From Acidobacteriota bacterium (GTDB lineage Bacteria; Acidobacteriota; Thermoanaerobaculia; Multivoradales; J023): 64,000 nucleotides of DNA. Made by a program: the position numbers and the translations under genes. Below are positions 42,813 to 51,320 of this stretch, piece after piece. Within the stretch, counting starts at the first letter, position 1. Every line of letters begins with the position of its first letter. Under the pieces are notes generated by a model that saw only the letters and a list, made by a program, of their open reading frames with translations, had not been told where the DNA came from and did not search any database. The DNA lies in NCBI GenBank assembly GCA_038748685.1, contig JBCDIS010000003.1, positions 30,437-94,436 of the forward strand. The letters are read 5' to 3'.

Positions 42813-45800
42813 TCAGTGGAGGTCCGAGCATCCGAAGTTTCCCGGATCCGCATCTTCGGTATCCCGGCAGACTTGAGTCCAACTATTGCCGCCGAGCACG
42901 ACGACTCGAATGCGAACCGGGTTGGTGCGGTACTCCACGTTGTAGATCGGAGCCGGACAGGACATGCTCATCTTTTGTCTCGCACCCAACTCACAGCCGT
43001 TGGGGTGCCTCGGGCCGTAGACCGTGTTGATCTTTCGATTGATGCCGATCTTGTCGCTCCCGTAGATGTTCGGTACACCGAAGGTGTCCTCCCTTACGGT
43101 CCAGACGCCCCCGGTCACGATGTTGTTGGCATTGAACTCCGGGATGGGTGAACCGGAGTAGTGGCAGCCGTCGTAAAAGGCGCTCCACCGTTCGCTCACC
43201 GTTCGGTTGGCGTAGATCCCATCCTCGGGAAGAACGACCGCGTTGAAGATGGCGGTGTCGACCGACGGCGACTCCCAGAGCTCGTAAAGGCTCACCTCGT
43301 CATTGGCCACGGGACAGGCGATGGCGTCCGCTGAGCAGGCGGCTCCGCTGGAGGCGGTCGCCTGCACTTGGATCGACGCGGAGTCGCGAGCGCTAGTGTT
43401 TTCCGCCAGCCGGATCTCCGCCGAATAGTCCGACAACGACACCGACTCCCCCGGACCGAGGGTGACTTCCCGACTCGCCGGCGCGAAGCTCGCGTCGGGG
43501 GTCCCACCCGTCTTGCTAAGCTCAACCGTGTAGGTGCACGACTCGGTCGATTCATTCCTGATCGTCCCGGTGAGGCCTTCCGTCGCAAAGTACGACGGGT
43601 TGGTATAAGACCGGTCCGGCTGGACCTTGACGCTCTCTAGGGTGGCTGTACAGCGGCACTCGTCTGTGCACACGGGCGTCGGCGTCGTCTTGCCCACTTC
43701 GGGCTCGAAGACGCTGAAGCTCTCCTGAAAATAGAAGCCGTCGAACGTTGTCCCGGTGGCCCGCATCTCGATCGGTTGCTCGCAGCAGTCGGTCTGGGTC
43801 ACCGTCGCGGGGGTGCGGCCTTCCACCGGCGGACCTTGGGCCACCGCTTCGGCGCAGGATCCGCCTGTGATGGTAGTGGTGGTGGTCGTTCCAGAGCTGT
43901 TGGCCGCCGACCCGGCGCCGGTGCAGTAGTTGACCTGGATCGCCACACCCGGGGATCCCGGAACTTCCGCCGCAAAGACTCCTTCGAGGCAGAAGACCGG
44001 ATACGTGAAGCCGGTGAAGAAGTCGTACCACCAGGAGATCGTCAGATCGACCCGGAGGTAGAACGACAGGACCAGACCTCCGATGGGGACTTGCTGCCCC
44101 AGGTTCAGGCCCTGGAGGATGGCGTCCCCCTCCGCGCCGGTGTCCGGGTCGAAGAGGATCCCCTCCGTATGGTGGAACTCCACGAGCTGAAAGCGGAACC
44201 GGAACAGCACCAGGGCCAGTCGCTCGGCCTCGGACAGCTCCCCACCCGATTCCAGATCGGTCGAGACGCTACCGCCGGAGAGCCGCCGAAGCATGGCCTC
44301 GTCCATCTTCTGGACCGTGTCCATCGCCTGCCGCAGCTCCGCTTCGTCCAAAGACTCGATGGCGGCCAGCGCCTCCGTTACCTCCGCGTCCGGGGGATCA
44401 TCCCCCGCAGCCAGGGCCTTGAGGCGGGCCTTCAAAGCATCCCCAGGTACCCCTGATAAAGCACCTTCGCTCGGTTCACGGATATCACCCGCCGCCACCG
44501 ACCGCATCTGCATCGGCCGGCCTTGGAGGCGGCTCGCCACCTCCCGCACCGCAGGGGCCTGGAGGTAGATAGAAGGCACCGCCGCCCCCCGCTGAGCGCC
44601 GAGGCGCTCCCGGAGACCCGCCGTGACCTCACGGCTTTCGAGGGTCGAGCGCCCCGCACCCACCACCTGAATCGGTAGCCGTATCTGCTGGCCGTTCTTG
44701 CTCACCACGATCTCCGCCGGTCCGACGCTCGACGGCGCACGGTAGCGGCCGGAAAGGCGGTCGTCCGCCGTATTCACCAGGCTCAGGATCTGCCCGCGGG
44801 TGACGCTCACCGTGGCACCTTGCAGGTTATGACCCACCACCGCCAGCAGGTAGACCTTGCCTGCTTCGGGCTGGCCCGGCGACCACAGGTCCACCAAGGG
44901 CCCCTGGGGCAGCACCCGCAGCGGCTCCGCGTCGGAGCCCTGGCTGTTCTCCGCCACCAGGTTGTGGAAGTCCTCGACGTTAGTGTCCGTAGCGTCCACT
45001 TCCACCCGCATCGACGTCCCCGCGGAATTCACGCTCAGCACCCGAGCCGTCGGGAACGACCTCGGTGCCGCACCTTCCGGCGGATCCACCTGGGCGAAGG
45101 ACACCCCCGTTCCACTGAGGTTCGTGCCGGTTACCGTCACCGTGGTCCTGCGGCCATTGGTGATCCGCTCTGGGGTGATATCCGTGATGTCAGGCTCCCC
45201 CACCACCACCGTGCTCACCGTGCCCGACAGGTTCATCAGGTACGGATTCGGCACCGCCGGATCGTTGTGCCAGATCTTCAGCACCGCCGCGAAGCTGCCC
45301 TCCGTCGACGTATCCAGCCGGGCAGCAATCGTGTCCTGCTGGCCCGGGGCCAAAGGCGAGACCAGCGTCCCAGCCCAGCTGAAGGCGTTGCCCTGGGTGT
45401 TCTGCACCTCCACGTTGGTGGGGGAATGGACCAGGACCAGGTTCCCCGCCCCCGAGGCGGCGGTGTTCTTCACCTCGATGTTCCTGCCCACCAGATTGTT
45501 GGTGCCGCTGTTTGGCTCCACCGAGCCCCAGCTCAACGACCCGTTGTGGGAGATCGGGGCGCCGGAGCCCTCGGACACCGCCATCCGCGGCGGGTCGAGG
45601 GAACCGACGGTCGCCTGGAGGTTGATCCGCAGGGGCCGCGGACGCACCGGATCGCTGTGCCATAGCCTCAGCTGGGCCTCGAAGACCCCCGCCTGGGTGG
45701 TGTCCAGCCGCACCGCGAAGGAATCCTCCTCCCCCGGCTGCAGCGGCGAGTCCAGGACGCCGACGATGCTGAACTGGGCATCCCCGACGATCTCGACATT

Positions 45801-48746
45801 GGACGGCGATCCCTCCAGCACCAGAGGCGAAGCACCCGCCGACGCGCCGTTGCGCACCGTCAGCGGCTCGTCCAGGTGAATGCCGCCGGCCCCCGGGTCC
45901 ACCGTGCCCCAATCGACCACACCGTTGTGGGGAAGCCCCGAGGCTCCGTTGCGCACCTCCAGCTTGGGCAGGGGCCGGTCGGTGGTGCTGAAGTTCAGGT
46001 CGTAGTTCTGCCAGTGCGTCTTGTTGAGGGCGAAGTCCCGAACCCAAAGGGCGATGTCGTTGGCCGGGAACTCACCGAAGCTGGCTTCGGGGCGCACCGT
46101 GAAGGTGACCGTGCGCCGATCGCCGACGAGGGACGTCGCGCAGCCCACCAGGGTCACCGTGCCCGGGTTGTGGGCGGTCGGGTGCTTCGATGCGAAGCCG
46201 CCCCCCTGGCAGGGCACCCGGTCCGCCGCCCACTGGTAGCCCAGGCTCTGGTCGCGCCAGGAGAAGTAGCCCCTGCGGTTGGCGGAGTTGCTGCCTTGGT
46301 GGTTGATCAGCGCCCGCATCTCCCGAACGCCGCTGCCGGTATCCGTCGCCGCGGCGGTGATCCCGTAGCTGGTGCCATCGCCGATGGACCAGTCCAGACC
46401 AGACACCGCCAGGGAGGTTTGCACCGGCTTCGTAGGGTCGACCCGGTACGCTCCGCTCCACGTCCCCACTCGACCGGCGCGGTCGCGGCCGCAGAGATAG
46501 AGGACGTTGTCCCCTTCGGGGGTGTCCAGGCTGTCCCCCGAAGAGAACGCCGTGCCATTGGAGCAAGAGGCGTTGGTGGGGGCGTTCCAACGGTAGCGGG
46601 CCACCGCGAGGCCCGTATTGACGCCGGCCCCCTGGCCGCCGGCGTCGTCCGCGGAGAGGGTCAGGTCCCGATCCCGGTACCAGCCGCTGGAGGCGTTGGT
46701 GGCGGAGACCCGCGGATCGTGGCGATCGATGCGCACGTAGCGCGGATCGTTCCAGGCTCCCCACGTGCCGTTGGTGTTCTTGGCGCGGAACCAGTAGGCC
46801 CGGCGGAAGCCGTCGGAGGGCAGGTTCGTGCCGCTCACCGTGTACGAGGTACCGCCGTCGAGGGTCATGTTGAACTCGCAGCCGGCGAATCCACCGGTCG
46901 AATCTTCGCTGCGACAGATCTGATACCCGTCGATGCCCGAAGGATCCGTCGCCGGGGTGACCGTGGCGACGAAGGCTCCGGTCACCCAACACTGGTCCCC
47001 CTCCACCAGGCCGCAGCTCACCGAGGTGGGTCCGGGGGCTGTGGGGCCGCCGCCGTCGACCCGGTACTGGCCGCTCCACTGCGCCACCCGGCCCACCCGA
47101 TCACGGGCGCAGAGGTAGAGCACGTTGTCCCCCTGGGGGGCCTCCAGGGTCGAGCCGGCGGAAATCTCGGAACCCTGGGAGCAGCCCGAGTTGAGGGGCG
47201 TATTCCACCGGTAGCGGACCCTCAGGAGTCCCGAATTCGCCCCCGCACCGGCGGTCGTATCCGCCGCCGAGACGATCGCCGTGCTGCTGGCGAACCAGTG
47301 GCTCGATGCCCCCGACGCCGAAACGGTGGGGGGATGGCGATCCACCCGCACGAAGCTGGCCCAATTCCACGGCCCCCACTGGCCGGCGTTGTCTCGGGCG
47401 GCCCACCAATAGGAGCGCCGGAAGCCGTCCGACGGCAGATGGCTGCCGCTCACCGTGTAGGACGTCCCCGCGTCGAGGCTCATGTTGTGCTCACAGCCGG
47501 CGAAGCCGCCGCTCGAATCCTGGCTGCGGCACAGCTTGTACGCCGCGATCCCCGAGCCCGCGTCGGTGGCCGGAGTTACGGAGGCGACGAAGCCGCCACC
47601 CACCCAGCAGCTGCCGTCGGAGCTGGTGTGGGCGCAGGGCACCGAGGTGTTGCCCGGCGCGGTGGGGGGTGTGGTGTCCACCCGATATCGGCCATTCCAA
47701 TGTTGCACACGCCCCACCCGATCCCGGGCGCACAGGTACAGGCGATGGTCCCCCTCCGGCGCCGTGAGGGTGGCGCCGGGGCTGGTGACCGTACCGCCGG
47801 TGCAGGTCGAGCCGAGGGCCGAGCCCCAGCGGTAGCGCACCTCCGCGAGACCGGAGTTGGCGGCGGCGCCGGCGGTGGCGTCGGCGGCGGAGATCACCGC
47901 CGTCGAGCTGGACACCCAGTTGGAGGACGTCCCGGAGGCCGACACCGTCGGCCCGTGGCGGTCCACCCGCACGTAGCGGGGGGAATTCCAGACCCCCCAG
48001 TTGCCGACCCTGTCCCGGGCGGCGAACCAGTAGGCGCGCCGGAATCCGTCCGACGGCAGGTGGCTCCCACCAATCGTGTAGGAGGTCCCCGCGTCGTAGC
48101 TGATGTCGTGCTCGCAGCCGGCGAAGCCGCCGGCGGAGTTGTGACTACGGCACAGCCGGTAGGAGCCGACGCCGGAGCCGGCGTCGGTGGCGGGGGTCAC
48201 GGAGACGGAGAAGCTCCCCTGGACCCAGCAGTCGCCCCCCGCGGTGTAGCTGCAGCCGACTTGCGTGGCACCGGGGGCCGTGGGCCCGCGGGTGTCGCCG
48301 TAGACATAGACTTCCGGATTCGCCCCCCAGCTGGTGCAGGCGTTGGCGCCGTCGCAGGCGCTCCAGTAGTAGGCCCTGCGCAGGCCGTCGGAGGGCACGT
48401 GGGATCCGCCAACGGTGAAGGTCGACCCGGTGTTTCCGGAGAGCATGTAGTCGCAGCCCCCCCATCCCGGGGTGTCGTTGCTGCGGCAGATCCTGAAGTG
48501 GTGCGCCCCAGGGGACGACGTCGAGATCGAAAACGACGAGCCGACCCAGCATTTTCCACCCACCACGGCGCCGCAGGACGGCGTCCCCTGGGTGGGCACC
48601 GGCGGCACCGCGGCGACGACCGGGGCCGCCATGACGAGGGCTGCGGCAACGGAGGCCGCCAGCAGAAGCAGCGCCCCCGGGAGGGCCGAGGGGCGCCTTG
48701 GCGCAGGGGGATTCGATCTCGTAGAACGCTTCGGGGGTCGTCGCAT
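42813..48746 (-). CDS. Giant secreted Cys-rich repeat protein, copy 1 (1977 aa)
   Basis: Signal peptide, 3 x ~207-aa FN3-like/Ig-like modules, an Ig-like domain, 2 choice-of-anchor-D/ASH-like domains, 2 IPT/TIG-like domains, an acidic helical linker, a beta-rich core, and a variable C-terminal domain. Confidence 0.9.
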   Translation of the reverse strand: MRRPPKRSTRSNPPAPRRPSALPGALLLLAASVAAALVMAAPVVAAVPPVPTQGTPSCGAVVGGKCWVGSSFSISTSSPGAHHFRICRSNDTPGWGGCDYMLSGNTGSTFTVGGSHVPSDGLRRAYYWSACDGANACTSWGANPEVYVYGDTRGPTAPGATQVGCSYTAGGDCWVQGSFSVSVTPATDAGSGVGSYRLCRSHNSAGGFAGCEHDISYDAGTSYTIGGSHLPSDGFRRAYWFAARDRVGNWGVWNSPRYVRVDRHGPTVSASGTSSNWVSSSTAVISAADATAGAAANSGLAEVRYRWGSALGSTCTGGTVTSPGATLTAPEGDHRLYLCARDRVGRVQHWNGRYRVDTTPPTAPGNTSVPCAHTSSDGSCWVGGGFVASVTPATDAGSGIAAYKLCRSQDSSGGFAGCEHNMSLDAGTSYTVSGSHLPSDGFRRSYWWAARDNAGQWGPWNWASFVRVDRHPPTVSASGASSHWFASSTAIVSAADTTAGAGANSGLLRVRYRWNTPLNSGCSQGSEISAGSTLEAPQGDNVLYLCARDRVGRVAQWSGQYRVDGGGPTAPGPTSVSCGLVEGDQCWVTGAFVATVTPATDPSGIDGYQICRSEDSTGGFAGCEFNMTLDGGTSYTVSGTNLPSDGFRRAYWFRAKNTNGTWGAWNDPRYVRIDRHDPRVSATNASSGWYRDRDLTLSADDAGGQGAGVNTGLAVARYRWNAPTNASCSNGTAFSSGDSLDTPEGDNVLYLCGRDRAGRVGTWSGAYRVDPTKPVQTSLAVSGLDWSIGDGTSYGITAAATDTGSGVREMRALINHQGSNSANRRGYFSWRDQSLGYQWAADRVPCQGGGFASKHPTAHNPGTVTLVGCATSLVGDRRTVTFTVRPEASFGEFPANDIALWVRDFALNKTHWQNYDLNFSTTDRPLPKLEVRNGASGLPHNGVVDWGTVDPGAGGIHLDEPLTVRNGASAGASPLVLEGSPSNVEIVGDAQFSIVGVLDSPLQPGEEDSFAVRLDTTQAGVFEAQLRLWHSDPVRPRPLRINLQATVGSLDPPRMAVSEGSGAPISHNGSLSWGSVEPNSGTNNLVGRNIEVKNTAASGAGNLVLVHSPTNVEVQNTQGNAFSWAGTLVSPLAPGQQDTIAARLDTSTEGSFAAVLKIWHNDPAVPNPYLMNLSGTVSTVVVGEPDITDITPERITNGRRTTVTVTGTNLSGTGVSFAQVDPPEGAAPRSFPTARVLSVNSAGTSMRVEVDATDTNVEDFHNLVAENSQGSDAEPLRVLPQGPLVDLWSPGQPEAGKVYLLAVVGHNLQGATVSVTRGQILSLVNTADDRLSGRYRAPSSVGPAEIVVSKNGQQIRLPIQVVGAGRSTLESREVTAGLRERLGAQRGAAVPSIYLQAPAVREVASRLQGRPMQMRSVAAGDIREPSEGALSGVPGDALKARLKALAAGDDPPDAEVTEALAAIESLDEAELRQAMDTVQKMDEAMLRRLSGGSVSTDLESGGELSEAERLALVLFRFRFQLVEFHHTEGILFDPDTGAEGDAILQGLNLGQQVPIGGLVLSFYLRVDLTISWWYDFFTGFTYPVFCLEGVFAAEVPGSPGVAIQVNYCTGAGSAANSSGTTTTTTITGGSCAEAVAQGPPVEGRTPATVTQTDCCEQPIEMRATGTTFDGFYFQESFSVFEPEVGKTTPTPVCTDECRCTATLESVKVQPDRSYTNPSYFATEGLTGTIRNESTESCTYTVELSKTGGTPDASFAPASREVTLGPGESVSLSDYSAEIRLAENTSARDSASIQVQATASSGAACSADAIACPVANDEVSLYELWESPSVDTAIFNAVVLPEDGIYANRTVSERWSAFYDGCHYSGSPIPEFNANNIVTGGVWTVREDTFGVPNIYGSDKIGINRKINTVYGPRHPNGCELGARQKMSMSCPAPIYNVEYRTNPVRIRVVVLGGNSWTQVCRDTEDADPGNFGCSDLH
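46437..48293 (-). repeat. Three tandem coding repeats of 618-621 bp in giant protein 1
   Basis: Unit boundaries at 48293, 47675, 47054 and 46436. Each unit contains CRS...GGFAGC, LPSDGFRR and C(A/G)RDRxGRV. Confidence 0.92.
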
Positions 48747-48935
48747 CTGCCGTCTCCCTGGGGCTCGGGTCGACCCCGGAGAGCTAGCTGGAGCTCACCC
48801 CGGGGCCCGGACCTAGTTTCGTTTCCCCCCTATGCGGAATCCGGCGACGGGATGTCTCATCTTTGTTCAAGATCCGGCCTGGGGACCGCGGCGCACCCCG
48901 GTGGAGCAGAGGACCGAGGCGCCTTTGGGCCAAAG

Positions 48936-48960
48936 AAAAACCCGGAGCCAGGCTCCGGGT
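48936..48960 (-). terminator. Rho-independent terminator after 48992..50275
   Basis: acccggagcc-a-ggctccgggt with an A5 tract on + (U-tract on -). Confidence 0.8.
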
Positions 48961-48991
48961 CCCAATCTAAAGGCGAAGTCTGCGGACCCGG

Positions 48992-50275
48992 CTATTGCCT
49001 GGCCATAGACCAGCGGACCCAGTCGCCGCCCTCGAAGCCGTCCTGGAAGATCATCGCGTCGCGGCCGCTGTCCTCCAGCAGGACCACCATCAGGTCGATG
49101 GCCACCGGATCGGAGGTGTCGTTGGCGTAGCCCCCGAGCCAAAGGTCACCGGTGCCGGAACGGCTGAGCCGGTACCCGGCGGTGGTCACCTCGCCGACCT
49201 GGATCGGCTCTACGACGATCGTCTGGCCGCCGGCGGTGAGGGTGAGCAGCTCGGTCTCGATCACGCGGCTGCCGGCGGCGGCGTCCAGGGTCTGCAGCAG
49301 GAGCAGGGCGCCCCCCGGCAGCTCCAGCACGTCGCGGCCGAAGGAACGCCGGTCGGCGGGGTCGTCCAGCAGCCGCCGCCAGGTCACCGCCCCGGCGGCG
49401 TCGGTGCGGAGAACGACGGTATTGTTGCAGTTCGGGAGGTCGCAGCCGGTGGCCAGGTAGCCGCCGTCGGCGAGCTGCCGCACGGAGAAGCCCTCGCGGA
49501 AACCGTCGGCCCCGTAGAGCCGATCCCACTCGGGCTGACCCTGGGCGTCGAACTTCCACAGATACGCGAAGCCGAGGCCGCCGGAAACGGTGCCGGTGGC
49601 GATGAAGCCGCCGTCGGCGGTGGCCTCCAAATTGTTGACGTAGGTGGCGACGCCGAAGCCAGGAGTGCCGAGGGTACCGAACTGCTGGAAGCTGACCTGA
49701 TCGCCGACGGCGTCGGTGATCAGCACCCAGGGCTGCTCCGGATTGGTCATCGAGTTGGCGCCGCCGATCACCGCATAGCGACCGTCGCCGAGGCGGACCG
49801 CGCGGATGAGTCCGCTATCCACCGGCAGATCGGCGGTGTAGGCGTCTTCGGAGCTCCAAACCGTGTTGCCGGCGGCGTCCAGCTCCAGCAGCCAGGGCCG
49901 GTAGTTGGGCTGGTCGGGGTCGTCGGCGCTGCCCGCCACCACCACGCCGCCCGAGGCGGTGGGCAGTACGGAGTAGAAGGTCTCCGCCAGGGGGGACAGG
50001 GAGAGGGAGCGCTCCCACACGAGCTCGCCGTCGGCGTCGGTCTTGACGACGTAGCCCTCGATCAGGAGATCGGTGTTGGTGAAGCCCACCGCAAAGGCAC
50101 CGCCGTCGACGGCGGGGGCGACGTCGAAGGCCAGGTCGGCGCCGGGGCCGCCGAAGGTCTGCGACCACGGTTGGGCCGTCGCCGGGACGGCCAGAAGAAG
50201 GGCTGCGAGGCCAAGCCCGACGAGGGCTGGGCGCGGGATCGCGGGGTTCCAGGGGGGCGAGAGGGGTCGGTACAT
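48992..50275 (-). CDS. Secreted beta-propeller-like protein with C-terminal IFxDGFExG motif
   Basis: 427 aa, AAAGGAGG RBS, signal peptide. Repeats such as DVAPAVDGGAFAVG...YVVKTDADGELVWER. Ends MIFQDGFEGGDWVRWSMARQ. Confidence 0.8.
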   Translation of the reverse strand: MYRPLSPPWNPAIPRPALVGLGLAALLLAVPATAQPWSQTFGGPGADLAFDVAPAVDGGAFAVGFTNTDLLIEGYVVKTDADGELVWERSLSLSPLAETFYSVLPTASGGVVVAGSADDPDQPNYRPWLLELDAAGNTVWSSEDAYTADLPVDSGLIRAVRLGDGRYAVIGGANSMTNPEQPWVLITDAVGDQVSFQQFGTLGTPGFGVATYVNNLEATADGGFIATGTVSGGLGFAYLWKFDAQGQPEWDRLYGADGFREGFSVRQLADGGYLATGCDLPNCNNTVVLRTDAAGAVTWRRLLDDPADRRSFGRDVLELPGGALLLLQTLDAAAGSRVIETELLTLTAGGQTIVVEPIQVGEVTTAGYRLSRSGTGDLWLGGYANDTSDPVAIDLMVVLLEDSGRDAMIFQDGFEGGDWVRWSMARQ

Positions 50276-50353
50276 GGGTTCCTCCTTTGCTCAAGGCTTC
50301 GGGGCCGTCTGGGGATTGGATGCCGCGAAACGTCCGGTTTTCGACATACCGAA

Positions 50354-50391
50354 AACCCGGGAGATCCCACGATTCGGGGTTCTCCCGGGTT
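50354..50391 (-). terminator. Rho-independent terminator after partner gene 2
   Basis: aacccgggaga...tctcccgggtt stem with an inner ccc/ggg pair, followed by tttt on the minus strand. Confidence 0.75.
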
Positions 50392-50423
50392 CAGTAAACC
50401 CGCCTATTCGTTCACCTGATGCC

Positions 50424-51311
50424 CTAGTCACCGCCCTTCAGCCGAATGCCCCCTTCTCCGGCTCCGTCGCCGGCGGTCTTCTCGAGCGGATTGACCGCCT
50501 CCACCGGACGCACCGGGGACAGGTTGAAGAAGTACCCGTCCATCGAGGGGTCGTAGAAAAGGCGCCAAGACAGGGGCAACCCTGTCGATTCCAGCGTCCG
50601 GACGAGGACATCCCTAGCGGGCTCATCGGTTGCTCCGGTCACCAGCGTCACACCGACCGCCAATCTTCGGGGAATCAGGCCGAAACTAAGTTTGGCGCCG
50701 GTCTGCTGATGCACGGCGGCCAGGGTGTCCCGGAGGGTCTCCATCACTGAGCGCTCCGCCTCGGGCAGGGTCACCGGCGTATCGAGGAGAGCACCGACCT
50801 CGCCCCAGGAGGCGTCTCGCCCCCGGGTCGAAACCGGAACCACGTGGTAAAGGTCGCCTTGCCCCTCGTAGCGGAAGCGTCCGGCGTTGCCGGCGCGGTC
50901 GTGGGACTCCAGGAGCGCCTCCAGGAGCCCCGGCACGTCGCCTGGACCCAGCGCTTCGGGGAGGTCCACCGAGAGGCTCCCCGGCCGCGGGATCATCACC
51001 CTCGGGGCGCTTCCCCGGGCGTACTGATCCAGATCCTTCCGGACGCTCTCGGTGACGTCCGCCCAATCCCCCTCAAAGGTATAGGGCGCATCCTCGTAAG
51101 TGATGACGACTCCGGTCTGTTCTTGGAGGCGGTCGATGGCCGCCGCCAGGGGTCGCGGCTCGTCTTCGATGGTGAGGGCGGCGCCCGCACTCCGTCCGGA
51201 GTCGGCGGCCGAAACGGCGGCGGAGGTCAGAAGGAGGCAGGCCGCGAGGACGATGTCCCGGGTTCGCCGGAGGAATCCAGAGGGGATTCGAGTTTCGTTG
51301 AGTATCTTCAT
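50424..51311 (-). CDS. Secreted partner protein 2 (paralog of 41955..42755)
   Basis: ATG 9 nt after the giant-gene stop, with the RBS overlapping that stop. Signal peptide, EPRPLAAAIDRL...ITYED, SWRLFYDPSMDGYFF. Confidence 0.82.
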   Translation of the reverse strand: MKILNETRIPSGFLRRTRDIVLAACLLLTSAAVSAADSGRSAGAALTIEDEPRPLAAAIDRLQEQTGVVITYEDAPYTFEGDWADVTESVRKDLDQYARGSAPRVMIPRPGSLSVDLPEALGPGDVPGLLEALLESHDRAGNAGRFRYEGQGDLYHVVPVSTRGRDASWGEVGALLDTPVTLPEAERSVMETLRDTLAAVHQQTGAKLSFGLIPRRLAVGVTLVTGATDEPARDVLVRTLESTGLPLSWRLFYDPSMDGYFFNLSPVRPVEAVNPLEKTAGDGAGEGGIRLKGGD

Positions 51312-51320
51312 CACTTGCCC

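Noticed and set aside
42813-43700. Known toxin domain (nuclease, deaminase, ADP-ribosyltransferase) in the giant-protein tips
   Set aside because: No catalytic motif recognised in either tip, so toxicity remains only a hypothesis.
45876-49130. 1084-aa plus-strand ORF (and the 1388-aa ORF at 53991..58157)
   Set aside because: Antisense shadows of the giant genes. High GC and repeat structure suppress stops, and the translations are low-complexity with no motifs.
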